A stretch of 64,000 nucleotides of DNA from Phoronis australis. Lineage: Eukaryota > Animalia > Phoronida. The stretch's first letter is position 1. Every line of letters begins with the position of its first letter. Made by a program: the position numbers and the translations under genes. The notes beneath the pieces are model-generated. The model searched no databases, was not told where the DNA came from, and saw nothing but the letters and a program-made list of their open reading frames with translations. The DNA lies in contig NMRA01000097.1 of the NCBI GenBank assembly GCA_002633005.1, positions 1 through 64,000 on the forward strand, given 5' to 3'. This document shows positions 1 to 11,900 of the stretch, in pieces.

Positions 1-216
1 AATTTGTCTTTTTGGATACAGTGATTGCCTTGCCTTGTTATTGCAAATTGACAGGAGAGCATGGGATAAACAATTTTTAACTCTTTTGTACCATCAACGT
101 AATAAGTCCCTATCAGTTGTCATACCTGTTGGTGTCTGAGCTTTGGGACCACATCACAATTTATGTACCATGTGTATAGTTTCCATTCCAAAACATTTTC
201 ATTTGTTGTCTTATAG

Positions 217-274
217 GCAAGAGAGCCCAGCCACGACATTGTGGACTTGTCAACAAGCTATAGTCAACCGACAG
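217..274 (+). CDS. Probable upstream exon of the CARD gene (AREPSHDIVDLSTSYSQPT-G)
   Basis: Acceptor ttgttgtcttatag at 216 and donor CAG|gtattt at 274/275. It ends in phase 1, which matches the phase-1 start of exon 1486. An alternative donor AAG|gtattt at 304/305 is also in phase. Confidence 0.4.
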
Positions 275-1485
275 GTATTTATGGACAGCAGCATCAAATG
301 CAAGGTATTTACAGCACCTCATCTAAATAACTACGATCTTGAGGACTGTGGTTTTAGTTAATATTTTCTGATGGAAATGTTTCTTTTGATTTTTTGATCG
401 TCAATCCCAGAGATCATTAGTATAGACAAGGTAACAGCATTGCTGTACCAAAAATTGTGGGTAAGCGATACTTTTTCAGCAAGTTCTGTGAAATCTGCGC
501 GGTTTCAATAGGCCCCCTTAATTTCCATTTCAGCCCTGCAAAATAGGCATTGGATTGGCATCAGCCCACTTTAAATATACTAAGTCTACTGGACGCAACT
601 TTTTGAAAACAGGCACACTTTTTATCACTGGGTGTGCCCAAGGGCACAGGTTCCAACCTGGTCAGGAATATCCCTGCTTGTCAAAGATATTTCTGTTGTT
701 GTTGATATAAAACACGTCATTTACTTTACAATGGTTACATTGAACATAGCCTACTGAGGAAAATGGGATAGGTTGTAAAATAATGAACTTTGCAATGGGG
801 GGTGGGGTAGAAAAATTTGCCCGCAAAAGAATGGGGATTAACAAACGCAGCACGTGCAGAAGGAGGTCTCTCGACGTTCTTGGGTACGTGGTTGCTTTAT
901 ACTCATATCTGGGTGTAACATTGTGATAAAACCATGGACTAAATGAAGTTGAATGAGTGCTTCAGTGGGAAGATTCGTCAACTTGATTTATAATGAGACC
1001 ACATATACATAAGTGTGTGAGTCAAGTTTTGTTGAATACAACATTCCATGTGTTTTAATGGCCTTTGTAGATACACGCTCTAGTTGGCAGCAGGCTGCTC
1101 TCACATTGGGCATGAGTTGAAAGTTGACTTAGGCTCATAGCATTTAGAAAAGCACAAAAAGCCAATATTCCTTGTATTTAAATCACATAACGAGAAAATA
1201 TGCAGTTGTGTGGTATTTCGTCTCTCATGAGACATTATTATGTAACATCCATAAAGTGGTGATCATGTCAAAGACAATTACATCTGCCGCATAATCACTC
1301 AACTAAGTACAGAATGTGAAATACCGGACAATTGTACTGTACAATTTCTTGTAATGTGATCATAGTACAGATATTTTTTGTCCTCTCTTCCATGATCCTG
1401 GGTGACCTGGTGTCGAGAATAATCGCACCTTTAACTGTATGGACTTCTAACCTAAATTCAAAGCTGCTATTCCTTTGAATTTCAG

Positions 1486-2255
1486 GTGATAAATTACTTC
1501 CGTCAGGCAGTAGATCAGCTGAGGATACAGTTGTACAAGGATTGCAAAACATGAGCTTGGGACAGAAGACTGAATCCAGTCAGAGACAGAGTGGTGGGAA
1601 TCAGGCCCGACCTTTGGCTTCTGTGAGTGCTTTCCAAAACCAACCTCCCCACGGGTTGATGCCATCCGAGCAGGTTCCGTACGTACAACAACATCACACT
1701 CCAGAGCCCTTCATGGGTCAACTTCCGCCATCACGGTATACCCCAACGATCCCGTTACCTGCCCATCACCCCTATGGATCAGCACAAACGTTTCACCCTG
1801 AGTATCCCTACATGCCAGGTCAATATCAACAAGTAGTGCCTTTGCAACAACCGATGGGTCAGTTTCAACAATTGCCTGTGCAACAACGGATGACTCAGTT
1901 TCAGCCACAGAATCCTGCAAATCCTTCCCAACTGTCTAATAAGCCACCAACATACACAGCCAAGCAAAAGAGACTTATAAAGCAGTGGGACCTCTTTCTA
2001 AATAACTTAATAGCTACTAGTGTTACGGATTACTTTATTGCTGACAATATTTTGTCCTTTGATGATGTTCAAAGAATTGAAAGATCAGGAGTGACTGATC
2101 GAGACAGAACAAGTGCATTTCTCCAGTTACTTCTGACTAAGGGTGATAAGGCAATTGATAAATTGTGCTATGCAGTTAGACAGGAGGCACAGGAGTTTTT
2201 AGCTGATGCTATTGAGTGGGATGATTCTCGTCGTCAAAAGCCACACACTAAATAA
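1486..2255 (+). CDS. Terminal coding exon of a CARD-domain protein (Q/P-rich low-complexity linker + C-terminal CARD); 5' part of the gene lies upstream or outside the window
   Basis: Acceptor ttgaatttcag|GT at 1485/1486 is in frame with ORF 1542-2255. The C-terminal ~85 aa (KQKRLIKQWDLFLNNLIATSVTDYFIADNILSFDDVQRIERSGVTDRDRTSAFLQLLLTKGDKAIDKLCYAVRQEAQEFLADAIE) follow the CARD six-helix pattern (LD.L...iLs.dd.e.I....T..dr...LL.lL..KG..Af..f..al......La..l). Family assignment is by eye. Confidence 0.75.
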
Positions 2256-3597
2256 TTGTTCTCAGCTGTGATACAATTTGCTGGTAGGTAGTTGTCAACT
2301 ATTGATAGGTATCTGCTTTTAGTACTTAGAGGCCAAGTTTTATGAGCGCAGATATGTTTCGCTCATGATTAAGTTTGATGAGACTTCATAAAACTTACCT
2401 TATACTTGATGCAAATTTCTACATCAACAATGTAGTCAAGTACTCTCGCTTTTATTTTCCATATTCACCGCAGGAGATGGTGCGGTAATTGTAGATTAAT
2501 TTTCAAAAAATATGCTCTTGACATGTCTGACTTACAAAAAAAATTCTCTTTTCTTTCACAGTTTTCAACATCAAGGCAAAACAAATTGTGACAAAATTTG
2601 TTGCCGTTTTTAAATTTTCAGTCTGTACTTACCCCAAGGGTATTACAAAATTGGTTTAGTTGATCCTTGTACTGAGATGAATACCATAAATCATGTGATA
2701 TGATACAGTGTTGAGCTTTTGAACATTCCCTTCTGTGTACTGGTACTAGTAGTGTTAGTGGTTGTGGAGCACTTACAAGTGAAATTGTGTATTCAACTTC
2801 ATTAGCCAAATACTTGACTGCAATTTCACAGATAAAACGAGTGGTAGACCAATGAGCGTGTCGTGAATATGACCTGTGAAGTCCACCCGAGATGCTGTAT
2901 ATGTAATCACGTAAACTGGTGTTGATGTGCAATATTTTAGAATAAGAGTAACTTTCTCCTAAGGAAGATAAAAACAATACTATATGAAATGCTTGTATGT
3001 TCCAAGATAATAGTCAGTCTAGTTGTGAGTCCAACGCCCGCGCACAGTCTCACTTTAAATTAAAGTATAATTCATTATATTCTTAGTTATGTCTTCCTAT
3101 GTCTTGCTTTTTGTACAGTATTTTTTATAAAAAATTGCCATTTTTACTGAAAGATCTTGTCTTGAAAATGAAATATTCTTTGATGTGTTGTTTAATGACA
3201 TGACAATTTAACATTGTGCACATAATTTCATGTATTGAATGAAATGCGTTTTTATAACATATTAAATAGTTTGACATTGCACTTGTTGTATTATAATCTA
3301 CCAACTTCACATCAACTTTGAATTGACATGCCAAAGAGCTGCTCCCACACGTGGTGGGTAAATGTAATGTATTGTCAATATTTCACAGAAGTTCTTCTAT
3401 TATTGTTAATTTTTAAAAAGTGCAGATTATAATGAGCCCAATAGCCCGTTTTATGACAACAGACTTGAACTATAATTTTGTCACGTTCAGACCAAAATTC
3501 GGGTTGAGTTAGGATCGAATACACAAAAAGAGACCGTTTCATGAACACAAAAGTCAGAATTGTAAGTGTTCGTATCAACTTAAGCATTTTTCAAGTT

Positions 3598-6500
3598 TGT
3601 TTTTATGTGCCCACATATTTATATGTGGTCGCATATTGCCGTCATCTCTGTCTGGGCGTCCGTAGCTGTATCTCCTCAATCCCTCACAGGATCTTGATGA
3701 GAATTGCCAGTGTGTTTCTATAAAGCTGACAACGGATGACAATGAATTTCGGACCTCTGTGACTACTGATGTGCCCCTTAGTGGCAATTTTCATTCTTTT
3801 ACGTTTACCTCTGTATCTTCAGAGGTCCAACAGATTTTCATGAAAATTTGGAAGTTAGGCATCTATTATTGAGATGATGCTATCCACCAGTTTTGGAATG
3901 GATTTGAGGTACTTTGCTCCACCTAGTGGCCATTTTTATGCACCCACATATTTAGATGTGGTCGCATATTGCCGTCATCTGTCTGTCCGACGTCCGCAGC
4001 TGTATCTCCTAAACCCCTCACAGGATCTTGATGAGATTTAACTGTTGTGTTCCTATGAAGCTGACGATGGGTGACAGCAAATTTCAGACCTCTCCGATTA
4101 CTGGTGTGCCCTCTATTGGCAACTTTAGTTTTTTATGCTTATCTCTATATCTTTGAAAGTCCTCGACGTAGATTCATAAAATTTAGAATTTAGGCATGTA
4201 TTAGTGAAATGAAACTATCCTCTTGTTTTCGGATGGATTCGACGTAATTTGTGCCACCTAGTGGCCATTTTTATTGCTTTTGTTTTTTGGCGTCCACCCC
4301 TCTATCAACCAAACTGCTCAAAGGATGATTGTGAAAATTGGCATGTATGTGTTCACTATGAAGAGGACGGTTGACCATGATCTTCCGACGATTTCGACTA
4401 TTGTGGCACCTAGTGACAGTTTTGTTTTTTTTTGCACCTATGGCTCTATCTCCTAAACCGTTTGGAGGATCTTCATGAAATTTAGCAAGTATATTTATAT
4501 GATGTTGACTACAGATGACGACGACTTTCGGACGGATCCAACTACCGGTGTGCCCCCTAGTGGCAATTTTATTTTTTTTACGTTTACCTCTGTATCTTCA
4601 AAAGTCCTTAATGGATTTTCATGAAATTTGGTATGTAGGCACCTGTTAGTGAGGTGACGCTATTCTCCCGATTTCGGATGGATTCGACGTAGTTTGTGCC
4701 ACCTAGTGGCCATTTTTATGCGCCCACATATTTATATGTGGACGCATTATGCCGTCATCTCTGTCCGTCCGTTCGTCCATCCGTCCGGCGTCCGCGGCTC
4801 TATCTCCAAAACCCTTTGACATACGTTCATGAAATTTGGCACATATGTTCCATTCATGAATGGGACGGCATGTGCGAACTTTCGGACAGATCCGACTACC
4901 GGTGTGCCCCCTAGTGGCAATTTTAGTTTTTTACGCTTACCTTTGTATCTTCAAAAGTCCTGAACGGATTTTCATGAAATTTGGTATGTAGGCACCTAGT
5001 AGTGAGATGACGCTATCCTGCCGTTTTCGGATGGATTCGACATAGTTTGCGCCACCTAGTGGCCATTTTTACTGTTTTCGAGTCTGNNNNNNNNNNNNNN
5101 NNNNNNNNNNNNNNNNNNNNNNNNNNNNNNNNNNNNNNNNNNNNNNNNNNNNNNNNNNNNNNNNNNNNNNNNNNNNNNNNNNNNNNNNNNNNNNNNNNNN
5201 NNNNNNNNNNNNNNNNNNNNNNNNNNNNNNNNNNNNNNNNNNNNNNNNNNNNTGAAGGAAAAGTTCCAAGTAGAAATTTGTTTCTGGCATTCTAATGCTG
5301 TGCTAATCTCGTATGTTGGTAAATTTGTTTTTAATTCTATGTTTCTGTGGTGCTTTAAGCAACTGGTGTATAGGATGTGCTTGTATTATGAAGATTACTC
5401 ACATTTTGCCCCTAGCCTATTGAGGAGACAAGGACCATGCCTTTCCATTTTGCAAAGTATGCCCTCTACTGGCCACTTTATGGTACCAATAAACAACCCT
5501 AGAAGGATACCGTATGCGGTGCAATTGTGGGCGCATTTCAACGCTCCGCGTTGCTCTTGTTACTGTTTTTGAGTGTTTTTTGCATCCACCCCTCTATCAA
5601 CCAAACCGCTCAAAGGATGATTGTGAAAATTGGCATGTATGTGCTTACTATAAAAAGGATGGTTGAGGACGATTTTCCAATGATTTTGACTACTGTGTCG
5701 CCTCCTAGTAGCAGTTTTGGCTGTATCTCCTAAATTGTTCTCAGGATCTTTACTTAATTTAGCAAGTGTATTTATATGATGTTGACTACGGATGACGACT
5801 TTCAGACAGATCTGACTACTGCTATGCCCCCTAGTGGCAATTTTAGTTTTTTAACTTTTAACTCTGTATCTTTAAAGGTTCTCAACAGATTTTCATAAAA
5901 TTTCAAATACAGGCATCTATTGGTGCTATGACGCTATCTTTTTGTTTTTGGATGGAATTGAGGTATTTTGCACCACCTAGTGGCCATTTTTGCTGTTAAC
6001 AAATTTTGTTTTTAGCATCCACCCCTGTATCAACCAAATCATTTGAAAATTGACATATATGTTCTCAGTGTGAAGACGACCTTTGATGATGGTGACTGAC
6101 TACTGTGGCACCTCCTAGTGGTAGTTTTGTTTTGCGCCCATAGTTGTATCTCCTAAACCTACTGCAGGATGTTTACTAAATTTAGTAAGTGTATTTATAT
6201 GAAGATAACAACAGACGACAACTTTCAGGCAGATCCAATGGACACTGTGCCCACCAGTGGCAATTTCATTTTATTCTGTTTTCCTTGGTTTCTCTGAAGT
6301 TCCTCGACAGATTTTTATGAAATATGGCATGTTCCCGTTTTTGGATGGATTGTATGTTTTTGCGCCATCTAGTAAATAACCCTAAAAGCACACCATTTGC
6401 AATGCATTTGTGGGCGCATTTCAACGCTCTGCGTTGCCCTTGTTAGTGTTTTCAAATATCGACAAAACCACTTTAGGGGTGATTGTGAAAATTGTCATAT

Positions 6501-6830
6501 ATGTTCTTACTGTGGAGAGGGCAGCTGACAATGATTTACCGATGACTTCAACTTTCAACTACTGTGGCACCTCTTAGTGACAGTTTTGTTTGTTTTTGCA
6601 CCCTTGGCTGTATATCCTAAACACTCTACAGAATCTTCATTGAATTTTGCAAGTATATTTATATGAAGTTGACAACGAACGACAACTTTCAGACAGGTTG
6701 TACTATCTCGGTATGCCCTCTAGTTTCAATTTTGCTTTTTGCGTTTACCTCTATATCTTCAAAGGACCTCCACGGATTTTCATGAAATTTGGCAGATAGG
6801 CATCTATTAGTGAGATTACGCTATCCTCCG
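3598..6830 (+). mobile_element. Cluster of non-autonomous Helentron/DINE-1 (HINE)-like elements with an internal ~145-bp degenerate tandem array
   Basis: Repeated 5' module TTTTATGCGCCCACATATTTATATGTGGACGCAT (short inverted repeat) followed by a (CCGT)-like microsatellite at ~3600, ~3935 and ~4715. Repeated 3' module GTGGGCGCAT (reverse complement of the 5' ATGCGCCCAC) + hairpin CAACGC-tcc-GCGTTG + CTCTTGTT at ~5527-5561 and ~6410-6443. This arrangement (subterminal inverted repeat, 3' hairpin, T-rich ends) is the established HINE/DINE-1 architecture. Interrupted by gap 5087-5252. Confidence 0.65.
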
Positions 6831-8927
6831 GCTGGAAAATATTTCATTTGTGCTGGTAAGTCTCACTGCAATGTCTCCACGGCTTTTGCCAGTTCTTGAA
6901 TCCAAAGCAATCTTCAATTTGACTATGTTTAGAGATATTAGCATGTGAAAAATATAAACAAAATAAAATCATTCTTCAACAGTTTACAGTGATAATAATC
7001 CTAAATTTTGGTCACGTAGTTCAAAAATCCTTTCTCAAGACTACTATGTAGCAATCTAACTTTCGATCTTTACTTAGACTGATTTCGGTCTTCTTCATGA
7101 AATGGGGCCAAGACATTTTGATCTTCAGTTAGACCAACTTCGGTCAAATTTGAGACAAAACCTTCTCATGAAGCAGACCAAAAGTCTTTGGAAGTAGGAT
7201 ATTTTCAGCCATCGTGTCATGAAAAGGAACTTAACTCTAATTTCTTAAATAACGAACATAAATACACTCTTGTTCTAAGACACGATTTATTTCTTTAATG
7301 CAAACATGATTAAAATGGAAAATTGAAAATGGACTTTAAACTGAAGACTGACTAAAATTTAATAATAGTCATTACTGCGAACAACTTGCAAGATTTTGGC
7401 AAAACGTTAAAGACTTTTTGGAGAGATAAGAAATCTACACATAACGACAAACACAAACTTTCTTCGTAACATAGCTAGCCTTTTTGCCAAAACAAGAACA
7501 GAACACATCGTTGAATTATCACATTAAAATCACAGAGACTAAAATGGATCATCAGTAACCTATGAACAAGTTGTTCGTTATTCATCAAACTCATCAATTC
7601 AATCAATTTACCCTGTTAGACAGTCTTTCTTTACACAAACAATTTACTAGTAATATGTAGCAGTCAAAACACTTTGGTTAAGAAGATGCCAAATTTTGCC
7701 ATAAACTTGCTCCTAACTGTAAAACCTCCCGTAGAGAACCCCATGGCCTTCTATTATAATTAACTATTAAAATGTCAGGCTAAGGCTTTAAAGTCAGTAA
7801 TTTTCATTTTTTGGGGTTATTTTACTTTTCACTGTAATCATGGCGGAATGCCAAACATATTGACTGGCCTTATATCGGAAGAAATGTCATTTTCAAATGT
7901 TAACCAGTTAAGTCGAAGAGTAATTTTGCACTTGAGACCGTGGGTTTATAGCAGAAATTTATGCTAATAAGAAGACTGGTAAAAAAATGTTTTTATTCAC
8001 CTATTTCACGAAAGCACCACCTGTAGTTTTACAAAACTAGTGGCTCTTTAACCTAGTACTGTCTCAACTCAATAACTTTTAATTCAGCATAATAGTAAAA
8101 TTCAAAGTTCAACCATTACAGGCAGGTAAAATCAATTGCAGCAACTTTAGTTCTGAACCTCTTGTTCCTGTTTTCTTCATACAACCATCGAAAAAAATGG
8201 GGCCTTAAAGTGCAAGAGTAATTTTACTCTTTTGAAGGCGCTTTCATCACTTTTGTATTTGCAAATTGTTTTGAAATGCATTTTCAATATTTTTAGTTGA
8301 TTTTATGAAAAAAGCACTTAAACAGTTCTTCAAACCTGAAGTTGGAATGCCGTCAGTCACGTGATACAAACACTACTTGTATGAACAGCTGAATCGCTGT
8401 TGCAATATAGTTTTATAACCCGTTTCTGGCATCATTGCTCAAGGCAGGGACTGAAAATCTGCTTCAGCAGTCATCGGAACTAAAAGCAAGGGAACGCTGC
8501 TGGTTATAACTAGTTGACGTTTTTGGAACTTACTCACTGCGTCATCACTCAAAAGCAAATTTAACTAAAAACATTCAAGAAGTCAATATTGCAGGAGAAT
8601 AGATGTTAACTTGGTGGCACTACTGAAGAAAGGATCTTTTTTCCTGTTCCTGTTTTTGACTGTTTAAACTGAGTGAGAACATACATAAGTTCACAGGAAC
8701 CTTTGTGTGATAAGTGTTTATGGTATTAATTGAATACTTGCACTGTGGGACCTTCGTTTCACTAACGCCACCTAGTGAATATCCTTCCCATTACAAGCAG
8801 TTGGAATTAGATGGCACCAGTTAAAAAAGTAAATTCAAAAGCATCAGGTACCTAAACATGTCATAAATAACAGTAATGGCATAGTATGAAGTGGAACTCG
8901 TACGCCAATAACATAATGCATTATAAA

Positions 8928-11900
8928 TCAAACTTGAAAATATCCACACCCTGAATTTTCTGCAGGTTCGTCATTTTCTTTCCACGAATTCCTTGAAACT
9001 TTGGTTGAACGTGACATTTCCAGTAAGACCTGAAAGACAATTGTGACAGTCCATCTGATAAAAAAACTAACATCATGCGTAATTCGATGAAATACCCATT
9101 CTCGTCTTGACGGTCAATTTTTTACAGCATGACCATAACTAGTCAACTTTGCTATAATCCCTCCTTGTGATTGCGAATCCACCTTGTTCAGTTTCTCTGC
9201 ATAATTCCTAGTGATGGCTAACAGCTAATATGATGCTACATTCCGTTTGCACCATGACGAGGCATCCCAAGGCATTTTATCGCATTACTTTTGGCATTCA
9301 CGCGACACAAATGCACTCAAAAATAAAGATACGTGCTAAGGGAGATTAATTTGACTAGAGCTATCTTTTAAATTGACTCCAGGTGAAAAAAAAATATTCT
9401 GGCAACTATCTGGAATTTTCTAAAAAGTGATGATCATTTTTTGAAAACTAATACACAACTAGAAATTCAATCAATCTCCAATAATGATTTCCAGCTTTCC
9501 AGACTAGTGCTGTTGGAATGTGGAGTGTTGTGTTCATGACCTCGGTATGAAATGACATCTGATTACATCTGTACATTTAACTGGTCAGATACCATTAGGC
9601 AAAATACTGAATCTCTAAATATGAGCGACACAGTTGTCTCATCAGCCCAGTTACACAAGCTTGCCCTCTAATGACTGGCTCAAGCCATATCAATTGTGTT
9701 GTCAGTAACTCTTTTCAGACCATCTGTTTTGGAATCGTGTCTGACAGCGGGAACTACCTTCCACAAAGCAATACATGCACTATGAATGTATAATAATGTA
9801 ACTTCATTATTTGTGAGCCAATATTTAAGCTTCAAAAACAAAATTTGAAGATTTTCCTGAATTAAGACAGAGATGCACAAACATTAAAACGAGGAAAACG
9901 AGAACGACCCAAAACAATATTCTCGAACAACCAGGCAGCTGTGTGGTTTGTAACCCGAGTCAACAAATGCAACACGCTCAGCATGCTACCCGCTCACTAG
10001 TACTGGGGATAACTGAGGAGAGTTGGTATGTACACGAGATCAAAAGAAACTTCGCAGGCCATGGGCAACAGAGAGGTTCTGCACTTCTTTTTCTTCGACT
10101 AATGCAAGATGTTTTAGATATCTGACCCTTAAAGTGTAACTTACATGCTAATCATTTTTATCTGTGATGTGACGATGTGAATGTAAAGTGCTGTTTAAGT
10201 AGATAAATGTTTCCAACAACAACGATCCTCTGCCCTGCCCCCTCAACTAAAAATCCTGGATCCACCCTGAATAAGCACTGTGATGCGACACTATACGTAA
10301 AGCATAGTTAGCTGATGGGCCTTCTGTATATCTTAGCCTTCAACTTGCAAGTACTACACAATAGATATTACTGAAGCGACGAAGCTGAAAAGTTAACTTG
10401 TAAGAAAAGAGACATCGTCATACCTTCATCTTTTTCCTCTCCACTTCCTGGTGAGCATGTATTGCTTGCGTGACTCGCTGGACTGTGTCCGAGTTCATCT
10501 CATCATAACGTCGTTTCCTTGCCCCACTAGGACTTGTGATGCATTCTCTGTGTATGTAAATTGAACCAAGTTCATACAGTTCCATGTCTATTTTTAGCCA
10601 TGGAAATTTAATTTTCCAGCTCTCGTTAAAACCCCATGCAGCACCATCTTAGAAAACCATCATTGTGGTTCATGTTTTGGTTATTTTATACAGCGGGTTA
10701 ACATTCCTGATCAAACCTTGCACTATAGCCTGAGTAGAATGATTCAGTGTCTGTAACTTAATTCACTAGGATCTATGTCGTGAAAAGTGACTAAAAGACT
10801 TAAGTTATAAATCTGCTCTTGTGCTTCACACAACCCTTTGCGAGAAGTAATTAAATCTCATTCAAGCAAAATTGTAAAGTGTCTGAGAATAGACACATAA
10901 CTGGTAGTTACTGGGATGCTTTCTAGACTGTGATTCCCTCATAATTTCTTGGCTAAACTACTTTTCAGCAACTGTGAAGTGGGGACGTAAGGTCAAATTT
11001 ATATCTTAAGCCTTAAGTCACTGGTTGTTAAACAAACCCTAGGTCTCATCTCAAGTTTGTTGTACTCGCTTGGTAAAGCATTATATCAGTCTGATCATTA
11101 TACAAAAATTTTTACATGACTTTCGCGATATTCATACATTCTAGAATCACTTCAGATACTCCAATGCTAAGTGGTAATGCTGAAATTAACCACAGCACCT
11201 GTTGACTTCTGCTTTATCATCGGCCTTTAAGTCCTTCAATTCCTGTTTGGCCACACAATTTTTGTTCACCATCTCGTTAAGTGGAGGTGTACCCTTAGGC
11301 CCACAGTCACTGTGCTTGACAGCGAGAGTCCTTTGTGAATCTGGCACAACCTGTGTAAAACTGAGATCGTTACCAACATTATCCAGTTTTGTTACCAGCA
11401 AATTAGGATTACTCATAAACGATTAATCCATGACTTCATTTAAAAACACAGCAATGGCTAAAGCACTGCATTTAGGTTAATGCTGCACTTGAATAAAAAA
11501 ATGATTGGCTTTTTTCCATTTTTCAAAGGCCGGTTACCTGGCTACAAAATTAGAGGGGACCTTGCAAAATGTTCTTTTATGACACCTACCATACACAGTA
11601 CAAGCCATGCTNATCATCAATTTTCTTATATGAGTTAACACCAGTTTAGTGTTGCATAACTTTTCAATTCAATAGGACTGCAGACAAACAGTTGGTTCAA
11701 ATCAAGTTGCCCATGACTTGATTAATGGCTTAGTGAACATATTGCACTCTGTTCACTGGCAATATGGGCTTTTTTGTATTGGGATAAGTTAGGATATATG
11801 CCAATTGCATTGTTTTTTAGTTTTGGCGGCTGAAGTAACCAACCTGTCAACATTAACAGGTCAAAAAATACCACCTATTTTTAATGCATCACTTCTTACA

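Noticed and set aside
5047-5295. ORFs spanning N-runs (also 21683-22023)
   Set aside because: Artefacts of assembly gaps.
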